Shown: positions 36,401 to 49,650 of the stretch, one piece after another
Layout: each line of letters starts with the position of its first letter
How positions within the stretch are numbered: the first letter of the stretch is position 1
The notes under the pieces: model-generated
Told to the model about the DNA's origin: nothing
Seen by the model: only the letters and a program-made list of their open reading frames with translations
Databases searched by the model: none
Position numbers and translations under genes: made by a program
DNA from: Azolla caroliniana
Taxonomy: Eukaryota; Plantae; Polypodiophyta
Reading direction: 5' to 3'
Length of the DNA: 64,000 nucleotides
Assembly: GCA_043228905.1 (NCBI GenBank)
Contig: JBHGNT010000020.1
Span: 6,324,001-6,388,000 of the forward strand

Positions 36401-39273
36401 AAGGGGGAAAACTAAGGTAAGAGTACCCACACACCGTCAAGCAGGCCCAGGCAAGGTGCTAGAAGGGCTTGCCGATGAGGAGGTAGATCGCTACCTTGAT
36501 GAAAACCCAAGGATAGTCCCTCTGTTCAAAGTGGACGTTGTAGAGGCGGTCTCCCCATATATTATGCAACTGGAGGATGCCGGTGAGGAGCCAGATAGGG
36601 ACGCGATCCGGGAACTGTGACAAGCACAAGAGGCCCTAGAGCGGGAGATGGCGGTATCACAATGGGTGAAAGCATCACAATTGGAAGAAGTGAATTTGGG
36701 AACCGACGAAGAAACAAGACCGGTGCATGTGGCCAAAGAAATGCCACCAGAGGAGAAATCGGCAATGGTCACATTATTGAAAGAATTCCGGGACGTATTT
36801 GCGTGGTCATATGAAGACATGCGGGGACTGGACCCGCAATTATATCAGCACTAGATTCATTTAAGAAAGGATGGGAAACCGGTAGTGCAGAGATGTTACC
36901 GGATGAATCGGAAAGAGGAGATCGACAAGTTGCTGCGGGTTAGGTTCATCCGACCAGTGAAGAAAGCCACTTGGCTATGCCCGATTGTGGTGGTACTGAA
37001 GAAAAACGGAAAGATCCAGCTTTGCGTGGATTACTAGAAATTGAATGCTTCCACTTTCACCGATGCATTTCCGCTCCCATTCACAGATGGAGTCTTTGAT
37101 GCAGTAGCAGGCCACGAGGTGTATAGCTTCCTTGATGGATTCAATGGGTATAACCAAATCAAGATGCACTCCGACGATAAGGAGAAAACAACGTTTGTCA
37201 CCGAATGGGGAGTCTTTGTAGCGGTCATGATGATGTTCGGATTGAAGACGACATCGGCAACGTTCCAATGAATTATCATGGAAATTTTCGAGGAATTTAT
37301 CCTAGTGTTTATGTAGGTGTTCTTGGATGACTTTGCGGTGTACAACAGGAAAGAAGAACATCTTGATCATCTCCGGTTATGCTTGGAGAAATCCAGAGGT
37401 TACCGACTAAGTCTAAACCTAGTGAAATGCGTATTCGGGGTAACCAGCGGCATGCTACTAGGCCATATTGTGAGTAAGGACGGGATTGTGGTGGAACCGG
37501 ATAAAGTTAAAGCCATTTTGGAAGCATCGGCACCAACAACCGCCAAAGCTTTGAGCCGGTTTTAGGGAAAATCAGGTGGCATAGCTGGATGCTCCGATAC
37601 TTGGCCGATCTTGCCACACCACTACACGCAGCTGTACACCAGACACCTTTCCAATGAATAGAACCGGAGGATAAGGCATACCATGCACTCAAAATAATGT
37701 TGTCTCAGGCACCCGTCATACAACCCCCGGATCGGTCGAAGGAATTTCATGTGTTCGTGAACGCATCCGATATTGCGATCGGCAGTGTTCTTATGCAGCT
37801 CACCGAACCGAAGTGGTACCTGCCGGTTTACTACATCAATCAGAAGCTCTCCCAGGCGGAACGGAATTATTCAACAACAGAAAGGGAAGCCTTGGGAATG
37901 ATATAAAATGTAACGAAGTACCGTCACTACTTGCTGGGACGGAAATTCTCATTCCACGTGGATCATTCGGCATTACTGTACTTGGTCTCCAAGGCATCGC
38001 TAACTGGCAAACTAGCACGATGGACACTGCTTCTATAGGAGTTCGAATTCGAGATTTACCACAGATCGGGAGTACAACATGTGGTAGCAGTTTACTTGAG
38101 CCAGTTAGAATCCGGAGAGGCAGGCTACGATGTCAAAGACAACCTTCCGTATGCGCAATTGTTTAGGGTAACAGTGAAGAATACGGTGAATGGGAAGGTT
38201 GCCGAGGAGGACAAATGGCTAATGAATATGCATCAGTCCGGATTGCCCCCGGTTGGCGGTACAAAGACAACATTTTTGTTTATTGCATGATATGCTGTAC
38301 CACAAGGGAGCGGATGGTATATGTTGAAGAGCGTTCAGAGTGATGAAAAGGAGACAATTTTACAGGAAGCTCACTGTGGAGTCGCCGAAGGACATTATAC
38401 CGGCGACGAAACGACAAGGAAGATATGGCGATGCGGATTGTGGTGGCCTACAACACTGAAGGACTCGATTCGGTATGCAAAGGAATGAGACTTATGTCAA
38501 CGGATGGGTCAACCAACAGAACAAGCAAGGATGCCACACCAGCCGGTGTTACCACTGGAGCCGTTTCAAAAATGGGGATTGGACTTCATCGGACCTTTCA
38601 AACCTCCAGCAATGTACAATGTGGATCGGGAATCGGTATATCATTGTAGCAACAGACTACTGCACCAAATGTGTGGAAGCAAAGGCACTCCGGGATAATA
38701 CTGTAGCCTCAATGACCAAGTTCCTATACGAGTACATTTGGTGCCGGTATGGATGCCCGATAGAACTGATCAGTGATCAAAGAGGACATTTCCTCGGTCA
38801 CGTAATAGAGAGCTTGACGACGTTTTATGTGGTCGTACACAAGCGGAGTACACCTTATTATCCGCAAGCTGACGGATTGGTCGAATCCACCAACAAGACC
38901 TTGTAGAACATCCTCCGGAAACTAGTCAATGAAAACCGCACCGACTGGGACACGAAGCTGCAGAGTGTGTTGTGGGCTTGCCGAACCGCGTACAAAACAA
39001 GTATCCCGACAACACCATTCCGGTTTGCTTTCGGATTAGAAGCGGTCATGGTTTCAAATTCCGAGTTTGCGGATTCAAGTACGGGAAAGGTTAAGTGAGA
39101 AGGAATCAAAAAAAATCCGACTAGCGACATTGTGCGAATTAGAAGAACACCCGATAGCTAGCATTTTGCAAATGGAACTCGAGCAACGACGACGGAAAGT
39201 GTTCGTCGACTGGCACCGGAAAGGGAATGAGAAAATGTTCGGAATCGGGAAGCCGGCCGGTGTTAGTATTTCA

Positions 39274-39907
39274 TGTTAGGATTTCGGTCCCTCCGGATGG
39301 GATATGATTACCCGACAAAGAAGACCCGGTGAGAACCGGATGATGAGTACCCGACAAGGAAGACCCGGTGAGAACCGGATGATGTAGGCCTGGTGAGAAC
39401 CTCTCACCGGATGAAAGGACATATATGGAAATATGTTTCTGAGAGCCCATTGGGGTTATATTTGTAAATAGTCCTAAAGGCATATTAGTATAAATATAAC
39501 CTAGGGCAAACAAAGTGATGATTATTATTGTTGTTGGTCATTAGTATTGTATATAGTTGTTGGTGCAACTGCTGTACAGAGTGTAATAGAGAGAGAGAGA
39601 CAGAGAGAGAGACAGAGATACAGAGCGTGTCTCTGTTGTAACTGCCGCCAGGCAAAGATTGTGAGCACGAGGTTGTTGCCTCTGTGTTCCTTTGTTGTAT
39701 TCCTCTTACATAGTGATAGTTTGGAGTCTGTGGGCTCCCGTGGTTTCTCCCTCTCAGGGTTTTCCACGTTAACATACTGTGTACCCTCTCACATATTATC
39801 TGTGTGTACGTGTATTCACCTCCATTCCCATTCTCGGTGTTCGATTCGAAACGACATGATCTGAGACTCGGTTGTGGTTGAGTAATATTCCGCATATTTT
39901 CGCGTCA
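39274..39907 (+). repeat. Solo copia-type LTR (family L)
   Basis: tgttagg...cgcgtca. TSD tttca/tctca. Host A2 reading frame resumes after it. Confidence 0.85.
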
Positions 39908-40140
39908 TCTCAGACCCGGATGGGCAAAATGCCGGGGAAGCTATGGTTCCGGTGAACCGGACCGTACTGGATAACACGAGAGTTTAAAGGCTCGTATCAG
40001 CTAGGAACGCTGTCGTGACGATTTTCGGCTACGGTGTGAAACCGAGTGAGACGAATAAACCAATGATGTGCAACATTGCACATACACTTAGCAAATAAGC
40101 CTCCTAAGGCCTTGTGGCACTTGAGTTTATACAGAGGGGT

Positions 40141-40201
40141 GCAAGCAAGGATTGAACCTTGCACCTCTAAGATACAAGATAATTGCCTTACCACTAGGAC
40201 A
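40141..40201 (-). promoter_or_regulatory. tRNA-like A-box/B-box module in LTR E (other copy 43031-43091)
   Basis: Minus strand tgtcctagtggtaagg...agaggt gcaagg ttcaat ccttgc, a perfect T-arm-like stem. Spacing 44 nt. Confidence 0.72.
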
Positions 40202-40703
40202 ACTATCATATAGTGTAGATTTTATGTATTTCCTTTTCATATACAAATTATAGACGAAACAACCATAGAAAACCATGTGCACAAAACCATGGTTTTAAAC
40301 CCATGGTTTGTGCATGACATAAGCAAAACCGTGTGCACAAAACCATGGTTTTAGCCCATGGTTATGTGCATGTCACGAGCATGGAAAGACCTATAAAAGC
40401 CTCTAGTTGGGCTTGTGTAAGGGGGGCTCAATATGTGATATCACCAACACCATTATCATCAATATAATTATATTTGTCTTTATCTTCTCCATATTTTTCT
40501 ACTTCTCAAGTGTACAATCTTTCTTCTTCTCGAGTAAACCAATTTCATCTAATCTTACATTGATCGTCATCTAGCTTCGATAATTCCGCGAACGTCCTCC
40601 CCAGTCCAAGACCCCGGTGGTCGCTCGAGTAGCACACGCACACGCGAATCTTCGCGACATCATTTGGTGAACCCGACGTGAAGAGCAGGAGGGGAGGACG
40701 AAG

Positions 40704-42824
40704 ATGGATGGCGAATATCTCATGGAGGCAATGTCAAGAAGGATGATGGAGTTTCTGAGAGAAGGGAAAAGAAGAAATGAAGCCCAACAAGCCGTCGACA
40801 GGGTAGTCGAGCGAGTGAGCTATTTCAACGGCGCCGAAGTCCAAAGTTTCCTAAAAGTCTACAATGCGGAGATGGATTCAAGAGGTGTGGACAAAGCTAT
40901 GAGGCTAGAGTACTTTTGTCGGGTGGTGTCTCAACCGATCTTCAAAGATGTAAAAGAGCTTCTAGAAGCTCATGATTCGTGGGCGACTTTCGAGAAGGCT
41001 CTATTGGAGGAATATGACTATGAGAGACTAAAGGGACAAGATCGACGCAACTTTGACCAATGGGTGAGATCAGCGAAGACCCACCAAAGTGCGACACAAG
41101 CATTCGTAGACTTCGAGCATCATTTTTCTCAATTGTCGGAGCGGGAACAAAGATTGGTGGGGGTCGATAAGGTCCTTATGTTCGTGAAGTCAATCGATCG
41201 AATGGAAAGGATGGCGATCGGCCTCAAACTCGAAGAAGATGATGGTGCAAATGGCCTCATCGAGGATTGGAGCAAAGTGGAAAGTGTATGCCGACTACAC
41301 GATAAGGGGCAAGCGAGAATATCGACGACAACAAGACGGCCCATGAGGGACGATCGAAGAGGGACGAGATGCAACAACGCGCCACCAACAAAAGAAATGA
41401 AGCTTAAAAGGGAGACAAAACCGAGGCGAATGGTGATCGAGGAAGAAGAGACCTCCCAACAAATGCGGGTTATTGAAGTGGCCGATACAAAGGCTCTGGT
41501 TCGGTATGACGGTACCGAGAGAGAAGGTGTGAAACAAGTCACCTTCTTGTCTTACAAAGAAACGACGGCGAAGGAGGAGGCCGATGACTCGAGGACGGCG
41601 AACGCCACTTTGAGGGAGGATAAATGTTTCGGAACACGCATTGTGTACGAAACATCGGGTGATGACGGCGCAAGCATGAGAAAAGCTTGCATGATCGAGG
41701 GAGAAAAAGTGTTTGAGTCTGAAGAGATTGAGGAGGTAGCCATGACAAACGACATCGAGTCGGAGGTGGCTATGGACGAGTCGACAACGGATAGCCATGT
41801 CAAGACTTTCTCCACGATTGTTCCAGAGACTTCGGCGGTTGCGCCCGTGTGCCAACGTGAGACCGGAGAGACGGAAGGTGGTGACGGGAAGACGAAGGCC
41901 CAACACAAGGAGGAAGAAGATCGAGGAAGAAAGGATATCCCCACACCTATTCTGGAGACTTCGGCGGTTGTGCATGTGCGCCAACGTGAGACCGGAGAGA
42001 CGGAATGTGTGGACAAAAAAGAGGACGACCGGAAGGGCGATGAAGAAGACAAGGTAAATGTGCACGAGCGAAGGGATTCCTTCACACCGGTTCCAGAGAC
42101 TTCGGCAGTCGAGACTGTGTGTCGGCATAAGACCGAAGATAAAGGAGGTGGCGAAGAGGAGACAATATGGCTCGCGGCGAGCATACACGGAGGGAAGGAT
42201 ATGGCCGACGAGCAGGCCAAGGATGAAGCCGCGGTTGAGTTCGATGGAGAGGTTGCATGCGGGAAGGAAGGAAGAGTCGAGAACCGGTCGAACCGGAAGA
42301 CGATCCGGCCGAGATTCCGGCCCGAACGAAGGAAGATCCACATGGGAGCCGATCGACCGGGGCCGACCCGACTAAAACCTGATTCGGCGAAAATCGATCG
42401 AACAATTCCAATCCAAAAGGGGGTCGACCCAGCCAGAATCAATCGGTCGAGCCCGATTCGGGGAAATGCGAATGTAGACGAAGGCCAACCGAGCCAAGAA
42501 GTGATCGGTGGAGACCAATCCGGAGAAGGGCAAACCTGGCATAATCGAAGATGGACACGAACGATCCACAACACCCGGTTGAAGACGGTGAGCGCGACGA
42601 GTGGCCAGGAACCCAATCGAAGGACAAGCGCGGTGGACGAAGGAAGAGCGGTCGTATCGACGACATCGTTTGGTAGATCTACTACAACCGATTGGGGAAG
42701 AAGGTGTGAGCGCCGGATATGGTGGATCGGGTGGCTACGGTGGTTCGGTTGGAAAGATTGTGCATACTCGAAGTGGAAGACAAAGTCAGACGAGGTCGAC
42801 GAGCGTGCAGAGGAACTCGGTTGA
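40704..42824 (+). CDS. Gag-derived 706-aa protein with acidic repeat tail, no zinc knuckle
   Basis: Intact ORF starting 22 nt after the PBS. N-terminus homologous to D/M/B gag. Repeats of (I/V)(L/P)ETSAVxxVxxRETGETE. Confidence 0.88.
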   Translation: MDGEYLMEAMSRRMMEFLREGKRRNEAQQAVDRVVERVSYFNGAEVQSFLKVYNAEMDSRGVDKAMRLEYFCRVVSQPIFKDVKELLEAHDSWATFEKALLEEYDYERLKGQDRRNFDQWVRSAKTHQSATQAFVDFEHHFSQLSEREQRLVGVDKVLMFVKSIDRMERMAIGLKLEEDDGANGLIEDWSKVESVCRLHDKGQARISTTTRRPMRDDRRGTRCNNAPPTKEMKLKRETKPRRMVIEEEETSQQMRVIEVADTKALVRYDGTEREGVKQVTFLSYKETTAKEEADDSRTANATLREDKCFGTRIVYETSGDDGASMRKACMIEGEKVFESEEIEEVAMTNDIESEVAMDESTTDSHVKTFSTIVPETSAVAPVCQRETGETEGGDGKTKAQHKEEEDRGRKDIPTPILETSAVVHVRQRETGETECVDKKEDDRKGDEEDKVNVHERRDSFTPVPETSAVETVCRHKTEDKGGGEEETIWLAASIHGGKDMADEQAKDEAAVEFDGEVACGKEGRVENRSNRKTIRPRFRPERRKIHMGADRPGPTRLKPDSAKIDRTIPIQKGVDPARINRSSPIRGNANVDEGQPSQEVIGGDQSGEGQTWHNRRWTRTIHNTRLKTVSATSGQEPNRRTSAVDEGRAVVSTTSFGRSTTTDWGRRCERRIWWIGWLRWFGWKDCAYSKWKTKSDEVDERAEELG

Positions 42825-43721
42825 TCACCGTTGCCAAAGATCTCACCTCTTCACCTTTCTCGGCACATACCGGAGGATGTGCGGGTTTGGTGGGGGTGGA
42901 TGTCGTGACGATTTTCGACTACGGTGTGAAACTGAGTGAGACGAATAAACCAATGATGTGCAACATTGCACATACACTTAGCAAATAAGCCTCCTAAGGC
43001 CTAGTGGCACTTGAGTTTATACAGAGGGGTGCAAGCAAGGATTGAACCTTGCACCTCTAAGATACAAGATAATTGCCTTACCACTAGGACAACTATCATA
43101 TAGTGTAGATTTTATGTATTTCCTTTTCATATACAAATTATAGACGAAACAACCATAGAAAACCATGTGCACAAAACCATGGTTTTAAACCCATGGTTTG
43201 TGCATGACATAAGCAAAACCGTGTGCACAAAACCATGGTTTTAGCCCATGGTTATGTGCATGTCACGAGCATGGAAAGACCTATAAAAGCCTCTAGTTGG
43301 GCTTGTGTAAGGGGGGCTCAATATGTGATATCACCAACACCATTATCATCAATATAATTATATTTGTCTTTATCTTCTCCATATTTTTCTACTTCTCAAG
43401 TGTACAATCTTTCTTCTTCTCGAGTAAACCAATTTCATCTAATCTTACATTGATCGTCATCTAGCTTCGATAATTCCGCGAACGTCCTCCCCAGTCCAAG
43501 ACCCCGGTGGTCGCTCGAGTAGCACACGCACGCGCGAATCTTCGCGACAACGCTGGCTGGCGAAGTAGTGGAAAAGTGGGTAAACGGTTTCCGACTAAAA
43601 CCGTATTACGGACCCATGCCGCGGAACCCGTTCAAAAAATCGGATGTCGAAGCAGAAATCGGGAACGACAAGCGGCTAACCGCCAACCAAGAGGAGGAAC
43701 ATACAACGGATCCGATAAATT

Positions 43722-45990
43722 TGATGAACCTGACGTGAAGGCGGCGACAAGGAGAAATGGAGGAGCAAATGAGGCTTATGTGTACAATGGTGGAATGAAT
43801 GATGCGAGAGCAAGGGATGATGACAAGCATCAACAAAGCCGTTGACAATATTCTTGCTCGAGTTGGAATCTTCGAAGGTATAAATTTAACAAATTTTTTG
43901 AAGATTTACAATAAAGAAATGCTTAAACATGGTGTCGACGAAGCTGCAAAAATTAATAGCTTTAATTGAGTCGTTGCGGTTGGGCTACAAGAGAGGATCC
44001 AAGATATCCAAAGGGAGAATTAGACATGAACAACGTTCAAAAGGGCATTACTCAATGAATACAACCTCAATGATATGTCAAGGATGACAAGGCGAGCTTT
44101 CATGGATTGGGTAGAGTCTAATAAACATTTAAGTGTTTTGGAAGTATTAAAAGAGTTTTCAGAAAGATTTGAGGAACTAAATGTTAGAGATAGAAATATA
44201 ATAGTGCCAGATAAAGTAATATTGTTTCTACAAGCTACTGATATTAAAGACAGGAAGGACTTGGGAATGCTTTTAGAAGATCAGAATAGTCCAAGTGGAC
44301 TTACCGAAGATTGGGAGGAGGTGAAAAGGGCGTGTGCCAATTTCTGCAGAAGAAAGTTATGGTTTATGGAGTTGCCCAACAGAAATGATGAAGAAACGGG
44401 GAACGAGTCGGGAGAGAAGAAAGTAGAAGAATCACTCTTACACGAATTGGTGAAAGGCATGAAAGACTTGTAGATCAAAGTGACGAAGCTAGAATCGGGA
44501 CAAAGCTCGACTTCATCAAGGCAGGGAGGTGGAATGGTCCAAAGGTGTATGTGGTGTGATAGTATTGACCACAAGAAGAAAGATTGTCAAGAGCATAGGG
44601 ATGCTCTTAATCATAATAAAATCTACTATCAAGATGACAAGATTCACTCGACAGAGACTCGACAACCACTTCAACTCAACTTTGGGCGAGGAGGAATGAA
44701 AAAGCTAATGGAAGATGATGAGAGATAAACGACTCAAGCGATACAATCCGTGGCAACCTTAGGATTGCGTGTAGAAGACTCATATGGTGGATCTGGCTTT
44801 TGGCAAGATGTGATGGATTATGCAAGAAAAGGGAAGGTTTGAGTGGATGAATTAAAAAGAGCGGGAGATGAAATACGAAACTTCACTGGATGGAATGATC
44901 CAGTAGACGCGCTATCAGCATTCGCCCAAGTGAATGCACAAGATGTGCTAGTGGAAGAGAAGCGGAAGAGAGCTGAGGAAGTTGATCCGACAAAGAGACA
45001 TGAGACACGAGAACAAAAGAGAAGGGGGATGGAAAAGGGTGCTACTGAGCTGAAGGAAGCTGATAAAGTAAAAGGAAAGACAGACCCATCTTTCAAGCTT
45101 GCCTCAGACATAGATACAACGACGGATATAAAAAAGGTATTAGAAACAAGAATATTAAATAGTGTTGGGTATAGCAAAGAATTTACTTTAAGAGAAGTGT
45201 TGGGTATAACAAAGAAAGAATTTCATGAAGTTATCATAGATATTATTAGAAGGAAGAGACAGGTGACGGAGGAAATTACGGGAGGGTGTGCAACAACACT
45301 CCAAGATTTGTATGGTGGCACCATCAATGCTGCAAGTGTTAAAAATCTGAATGATGTTGGCGTTCATGAAGGGGATAGGAGTCACTATACAAGGGATCAT
45401 TGGGCTCGAGCAACAATGGAGGCACTTGCAAAAATTGGGGATCAGCAAATTCCATGTATTGCTTTGATCGATCATGGATCCGAGATAAACATGATGTCAT
45501 CGGAATTTTACGCTCGAGGACGGTGGCCGATCGATAAGAATCATGGGTAGAAAATAAGAGCTGCCACAAAAACTACGGAGGATCTATTCGGAGCATGTCC
45601 TAGTGTGAAGGTAACAATTGGTGATGTCTCGGTGAATCAAAATTTCTTTGTGCAGGATCGATCAACCTACCCCGTCATCCTTGGTCAACCCTACATCATT
45701 GCAGTGAGGATGGAAACAAAGGTTATTGATGATGGTTTGGCTTTCGCGAGAATCAAGAGTCAAGATGGAAGAAAGACTGTCCAATTCTTAACCGTGAGGC
45801 CCAACCATGAAAGAAACAAGGAATGCTTGAGGGAACATCCAATTCGAGAGATGGATGAAGAGTTTTCCCAGGATTTTCAGATAGGGCTTTTACAGGTAGG
45901 GGCTGTGATAGCCCGGACATGAAAGAAAACCCCATAAATAATAATGTAAATAAAGATATTCCTTGTACAATCTCATCTACTGGTGCTACT
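43722..45990 (+). pseudogene. gag: Element M: decayed Trp PBS + gag-protease of a D-like gypsy (5' LTR missing; possibly the same element as K)
   Basis: tgatgaacctgacgtga, GLTEDWEEV, CMWCDSIDHKKKDC, LIDHGSEIN, NFFVQD...ILGQPY. Confidence 0.85.
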
Positions 45991-45999
45991 TTTATACTA

Positions 46000-48900
46000 G
46001 GATCAAAAGAGTAGCCGGCATGAGGAGGTCAACTATGTCGGCTCTTCAGCCGGAAATTTGATGATCGACCCGAACATATTGTCCATAGAGAACCCAGTTG
46101 AATCAGAAGTTCTGCTTACGACTGAGGAATCGAGCACATGGCTCTTGGACTCGGGCGCATCGTATCATGTGACACCTCACCGATCTCAGTTTCGGCAATA
46201 CTCGGACCGGCACTCCGACTCAGTTTGAGTCGGAAACTCGCAGCACTGTGCTATAATCAGAATCGGCACCGTAGAGCTCAACCTTCTGAGTGGCTCTACA
46301 CTTGTACTACACAACGTCCGACACGTTCTTGAGCTCTCAAGACCCTTGATCTCAGTTGGACAGCTTGACGAAGCCGGCATCCGTGCCAGGTTCTCATCAG
46401 GAGGGTGGACACTCCACGAAGGGAACCTCCTGCTTGCTCGAGGACCAAAGGTGCACTCTTTGTACCCTTTATATGTCACTCTCAAAGAGGGTGACCTATT
46501 TTTGGTTGATATCCCCGTGTCATCGTTATGGCACGGACGACTAGGACACCTCAGCAAGGCTGACATAATGCACCTATCCAGAGCTGGTTACATCCCCAAA
46601 CTCTCCTTCTTGGATCACCAATTCTGCGAGCATTGCTAGTACGGCAAACAGGTAGCCGCATCACACCCGACTTCAGCACCAAGAGAATTGAGTCCCCTCG
46701 GTGGTGTTTCATACTTCATCAATTTTATTGACGATTCGACTCGGAAGGTGTGGGTTTACCCCATTAGAACCAAAGATCGGGTGTTCTCGATCTTCTTCGA
46801 ATGGCTTGCAATGGTCGAAAATTAGACTGGACGGAAACTGAAATGTCACCGAATCGACAATGGAGGAGAATTCAAGTCTAAAGAATTCGTCAAATTTTGC
46901 CGGGAACGCGACATTCGATGTGAATATACGACACCTTATAGTCCGGAGCAGAATGGAATTGTAGAACGCATGAATTGGATGATTCAAGAACGCATAGTAT
47001 CCATGCTCCAACACTCCAGACTGTCGGATGGCTTTTGGGTGGAGGCTCTACTTACGACAATACACATAATAAATATGTCGCCAAGTAGACGTCTAGGACT
47101 TCAAATACCTCAGGAAATATGGACCGGCGGTAAGCCGAATGATGACAAGCTAAGGATCTTCAGTTGCGAGGCATATGCCCTCATACCGAAAGATGATCGC
47201 CGGAAACTCGAACCAAGATCAAGGAAATGCGTTTTCCTTGGGTATGAACCCGACGGCGAGATCGGATACCGACTCTAGGACCCCGAGCACAGACAAATTG
47301 TCCGAAGTTCGGACGTCGTGTTCAATGAGTCAACTATGCATAAAATGGCCGAAAGGCCTATTGAAGTCCGAAGGGTAATATTTTCCGAAGTGCCAACCCT
47401 TCATGACGGCCCAACCCACAACACAAGATCGGTTTCATGGGTAACCGACAACTCTCGCACCGAATCCACCGATTCGGCACAGCTGAATGGCTCGACTCCC
47501 GACCATCCGACATCGACACTCGGTGCGACTAGTTCAGTCATACCTCGCAGATCCGAGAGACTATTGCAACCTCCGGAGAGGTACTCTCCCAGAATTTTCT
47601 TCACCGACGCCGGCGAACTAACGTCTTACGAAGAAGCATCGGCATCTGCCGATTTCGCCACCTGGCATTTGGCGATGGAGTCGGAAATGCACTCCATTCG
47701 GGCAAACAAGACTTGGAACTTGGTCGAATTACCGAAGAATCGACATGCTCTTCCATGTAAGTGGGTCTATCGACTAAATGAGACGTCCGACTCGACCAAC
47801 CCAAAGTACAAGGCTAGATTAGTTGCGAAGGGCTTTCGACAAGAATATGGTGTCGACTTCGACGAAATCTTTTCACCAGTGGTGAAAATGAGCACCCTTC
47901 GTTTCATGCTCGGCATCGTGGCCGCCGACAACTTGGAGTTGATTAAGCTAGATGTAAAAACGGCGTTCCTCCACGATGACCTACAGGAGGAAATCTATAT
48001 GAAGCAGCTAAAAGGCTTTGTGGCATCCGGCTAGGAACATCTAGTATGCCGACTCAGGAAGAGTCTCTACGGCCTGAAACAGGCACCCTAACAGCGGTAC
48101 AAGAAGTTCGACGACTTCATCCAATCGGTCGGCTTCTCAAAGAGTGATGAGGACCACTGTCTCTTCACCAAAACAGCTCAAGACAGGTCTCCCTTCTTCC
48201 TCATCATCTACGTGGACAACATGCTACTCTCCGGTCGGCATGCCAGAGAGCTGACCGAACTCGTTCGGAAACTACGGTTGAAGTTTGCCATGAAGGACCT
48301 CGGTCCGGCAAGACACATACTTGGTATGAAGATTAGTCGGCATCGTGATAAACGACAACTTTTCTTGTCTCAAACCGACTACATCGGACGTGCCTTGGAA
48401 CGCTTCAACATGCACTCGGCCAAGTCTGCTTCGACCCCACTCCCCATTAACCTTCGACTGTCTCAGTGAGACTGCCCAACATTTGGTCCGGAGGGGGAAG
48501 ATATGAAGTCGGTACCGTATGCACCGACAGTCGGCTTCCTTATGTACGCGATAGTCGCGACATGGCCTGATATTTCTCACGCCGTAGGAGTCGTCAGCAG
48601 ATTCATGCACAACTCACACCGATCGTACTGGAATGCAGTCAAGCATGTGTTCAGATATCTAGCTGGCACAAAAGACCACGACATTCTTTTTGGCCCGAAC
48701 TCAACCTCAAGCATAGTCGGTTACACCAACTCGGTCTTCGCCGGCTGCATGGACAATCGGAAATCAAAAACCAGATATTGCTTCAAATTCGGCAATGGAG
48801 CAATCTCGTGGAAGTCGAAACTTCAGGAGTGCACAACCACCTCAACGACCGAAGCGGAATATGTAGCTACGTCCGATGCGGCAAAAGAAGCCTTATGGCT

Positions 48901-49650
48901 TGATCGGCTGGTGCAAACGTTTTGACAAGTCGACTTCAACTCGGCTTCAGTTGTCTATAACGACAGTTCGACGGATCGTTTCCGGTCCCTTTGGCACCAG
49001 ATGGGCGTAACGAAGAATCGGTCCGGTTAAAGTCGGACACACAACACATGACGGTTTCAGACAACAAACATCGGTTCTTTGAGGATCGGCTTCAGCTAAT
49101 CCTACCCGACCGGTTCGGTCTTCTGCCTTCGGATCTTGCCGACTCTAACAAAACTGATCTGTCTGATAAACCTTGTATATACCTGTAATTTTTAGATAAC
49201 CCATGTATACGCCCATTACGGGGGAGTGTCGAATACGAGTGTATAATGGCCATATTCACACTGTCCCTTTGGACAGCCCAAGTTTGGGCTATTTTTGTAA
49301 ATAGCATAAAGGGCAGTTGCCCTAAGATAGTCACTATATAAAGTGACTTTGTAACCTTTAGTTAAGGTTGTTGTTGTTGTTCTTTGTAACTTTTGCTATT
49401 GGAATATAACATTCCTTTGTGCCTATCTCTCTCTCTCTCTCTTCTTCTCTGTGTGTGTCTATCTTGCTTATGCGCATACACAGGTTCTTCTTCATCACGA
49501 ATGTTGCTTGCATTTCCGCATTGACGGCCTTGTTCCCCAACAGAGAGGGGGTGGGGGGGACAAAGATGCACTAAAGAACATATATATATATATATATATA
49601 TATATTTTGGACCTACCGTCAAGCTTCCCTTGATATGTTTCTTCCATGGG
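46000..49650 (+). mobile_element. Ty1/copia remnant N (PR-INT-RT-RH, decayed) with LTR-like 3' region
   Basis: WLLDSGAS, LWHGRLGH, KYKARLVAKGF, DVKTAFLH, MKDLGPA, STTEAEY, in copia domain order. Confidence 0.9.

Larger units (their letters stand above)
40011..43549 (+). mobile_element. Element E: young gag-only non-autonomous LTR element, tRNA-Trp PBS
   Basis: 649-bp LTRs (40011-40659, 42901-43549, about 4 differences seen). PBS 40665-40681. TSD acgc. Confidence 0.95.
33452..43715 (+). mobile_element. Element A2: decayed relative of A (5' LTR 33452-33862, PBS, gag-pol), interrupted by a solo LTR and element E, 3'-truncated
   Basis: Collinear homology with A throughout. Integrase C-terminus resumes at 39908-40010 and 43550-43640. 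Confidence 0.9.

Noticed and set aside
39851-39875. LTR end plus unusual PBS at acgaca-tgatctgag
   Set aside because: The host frame and TSD show the LTR continues to 39907 and is a solo LTR.
41295-42616. Long antisense ORFs (also 8806-9570 and 25833-26510)
   Set aside because: Shadow frames of purine-rich coding strands with no recognisable domains.
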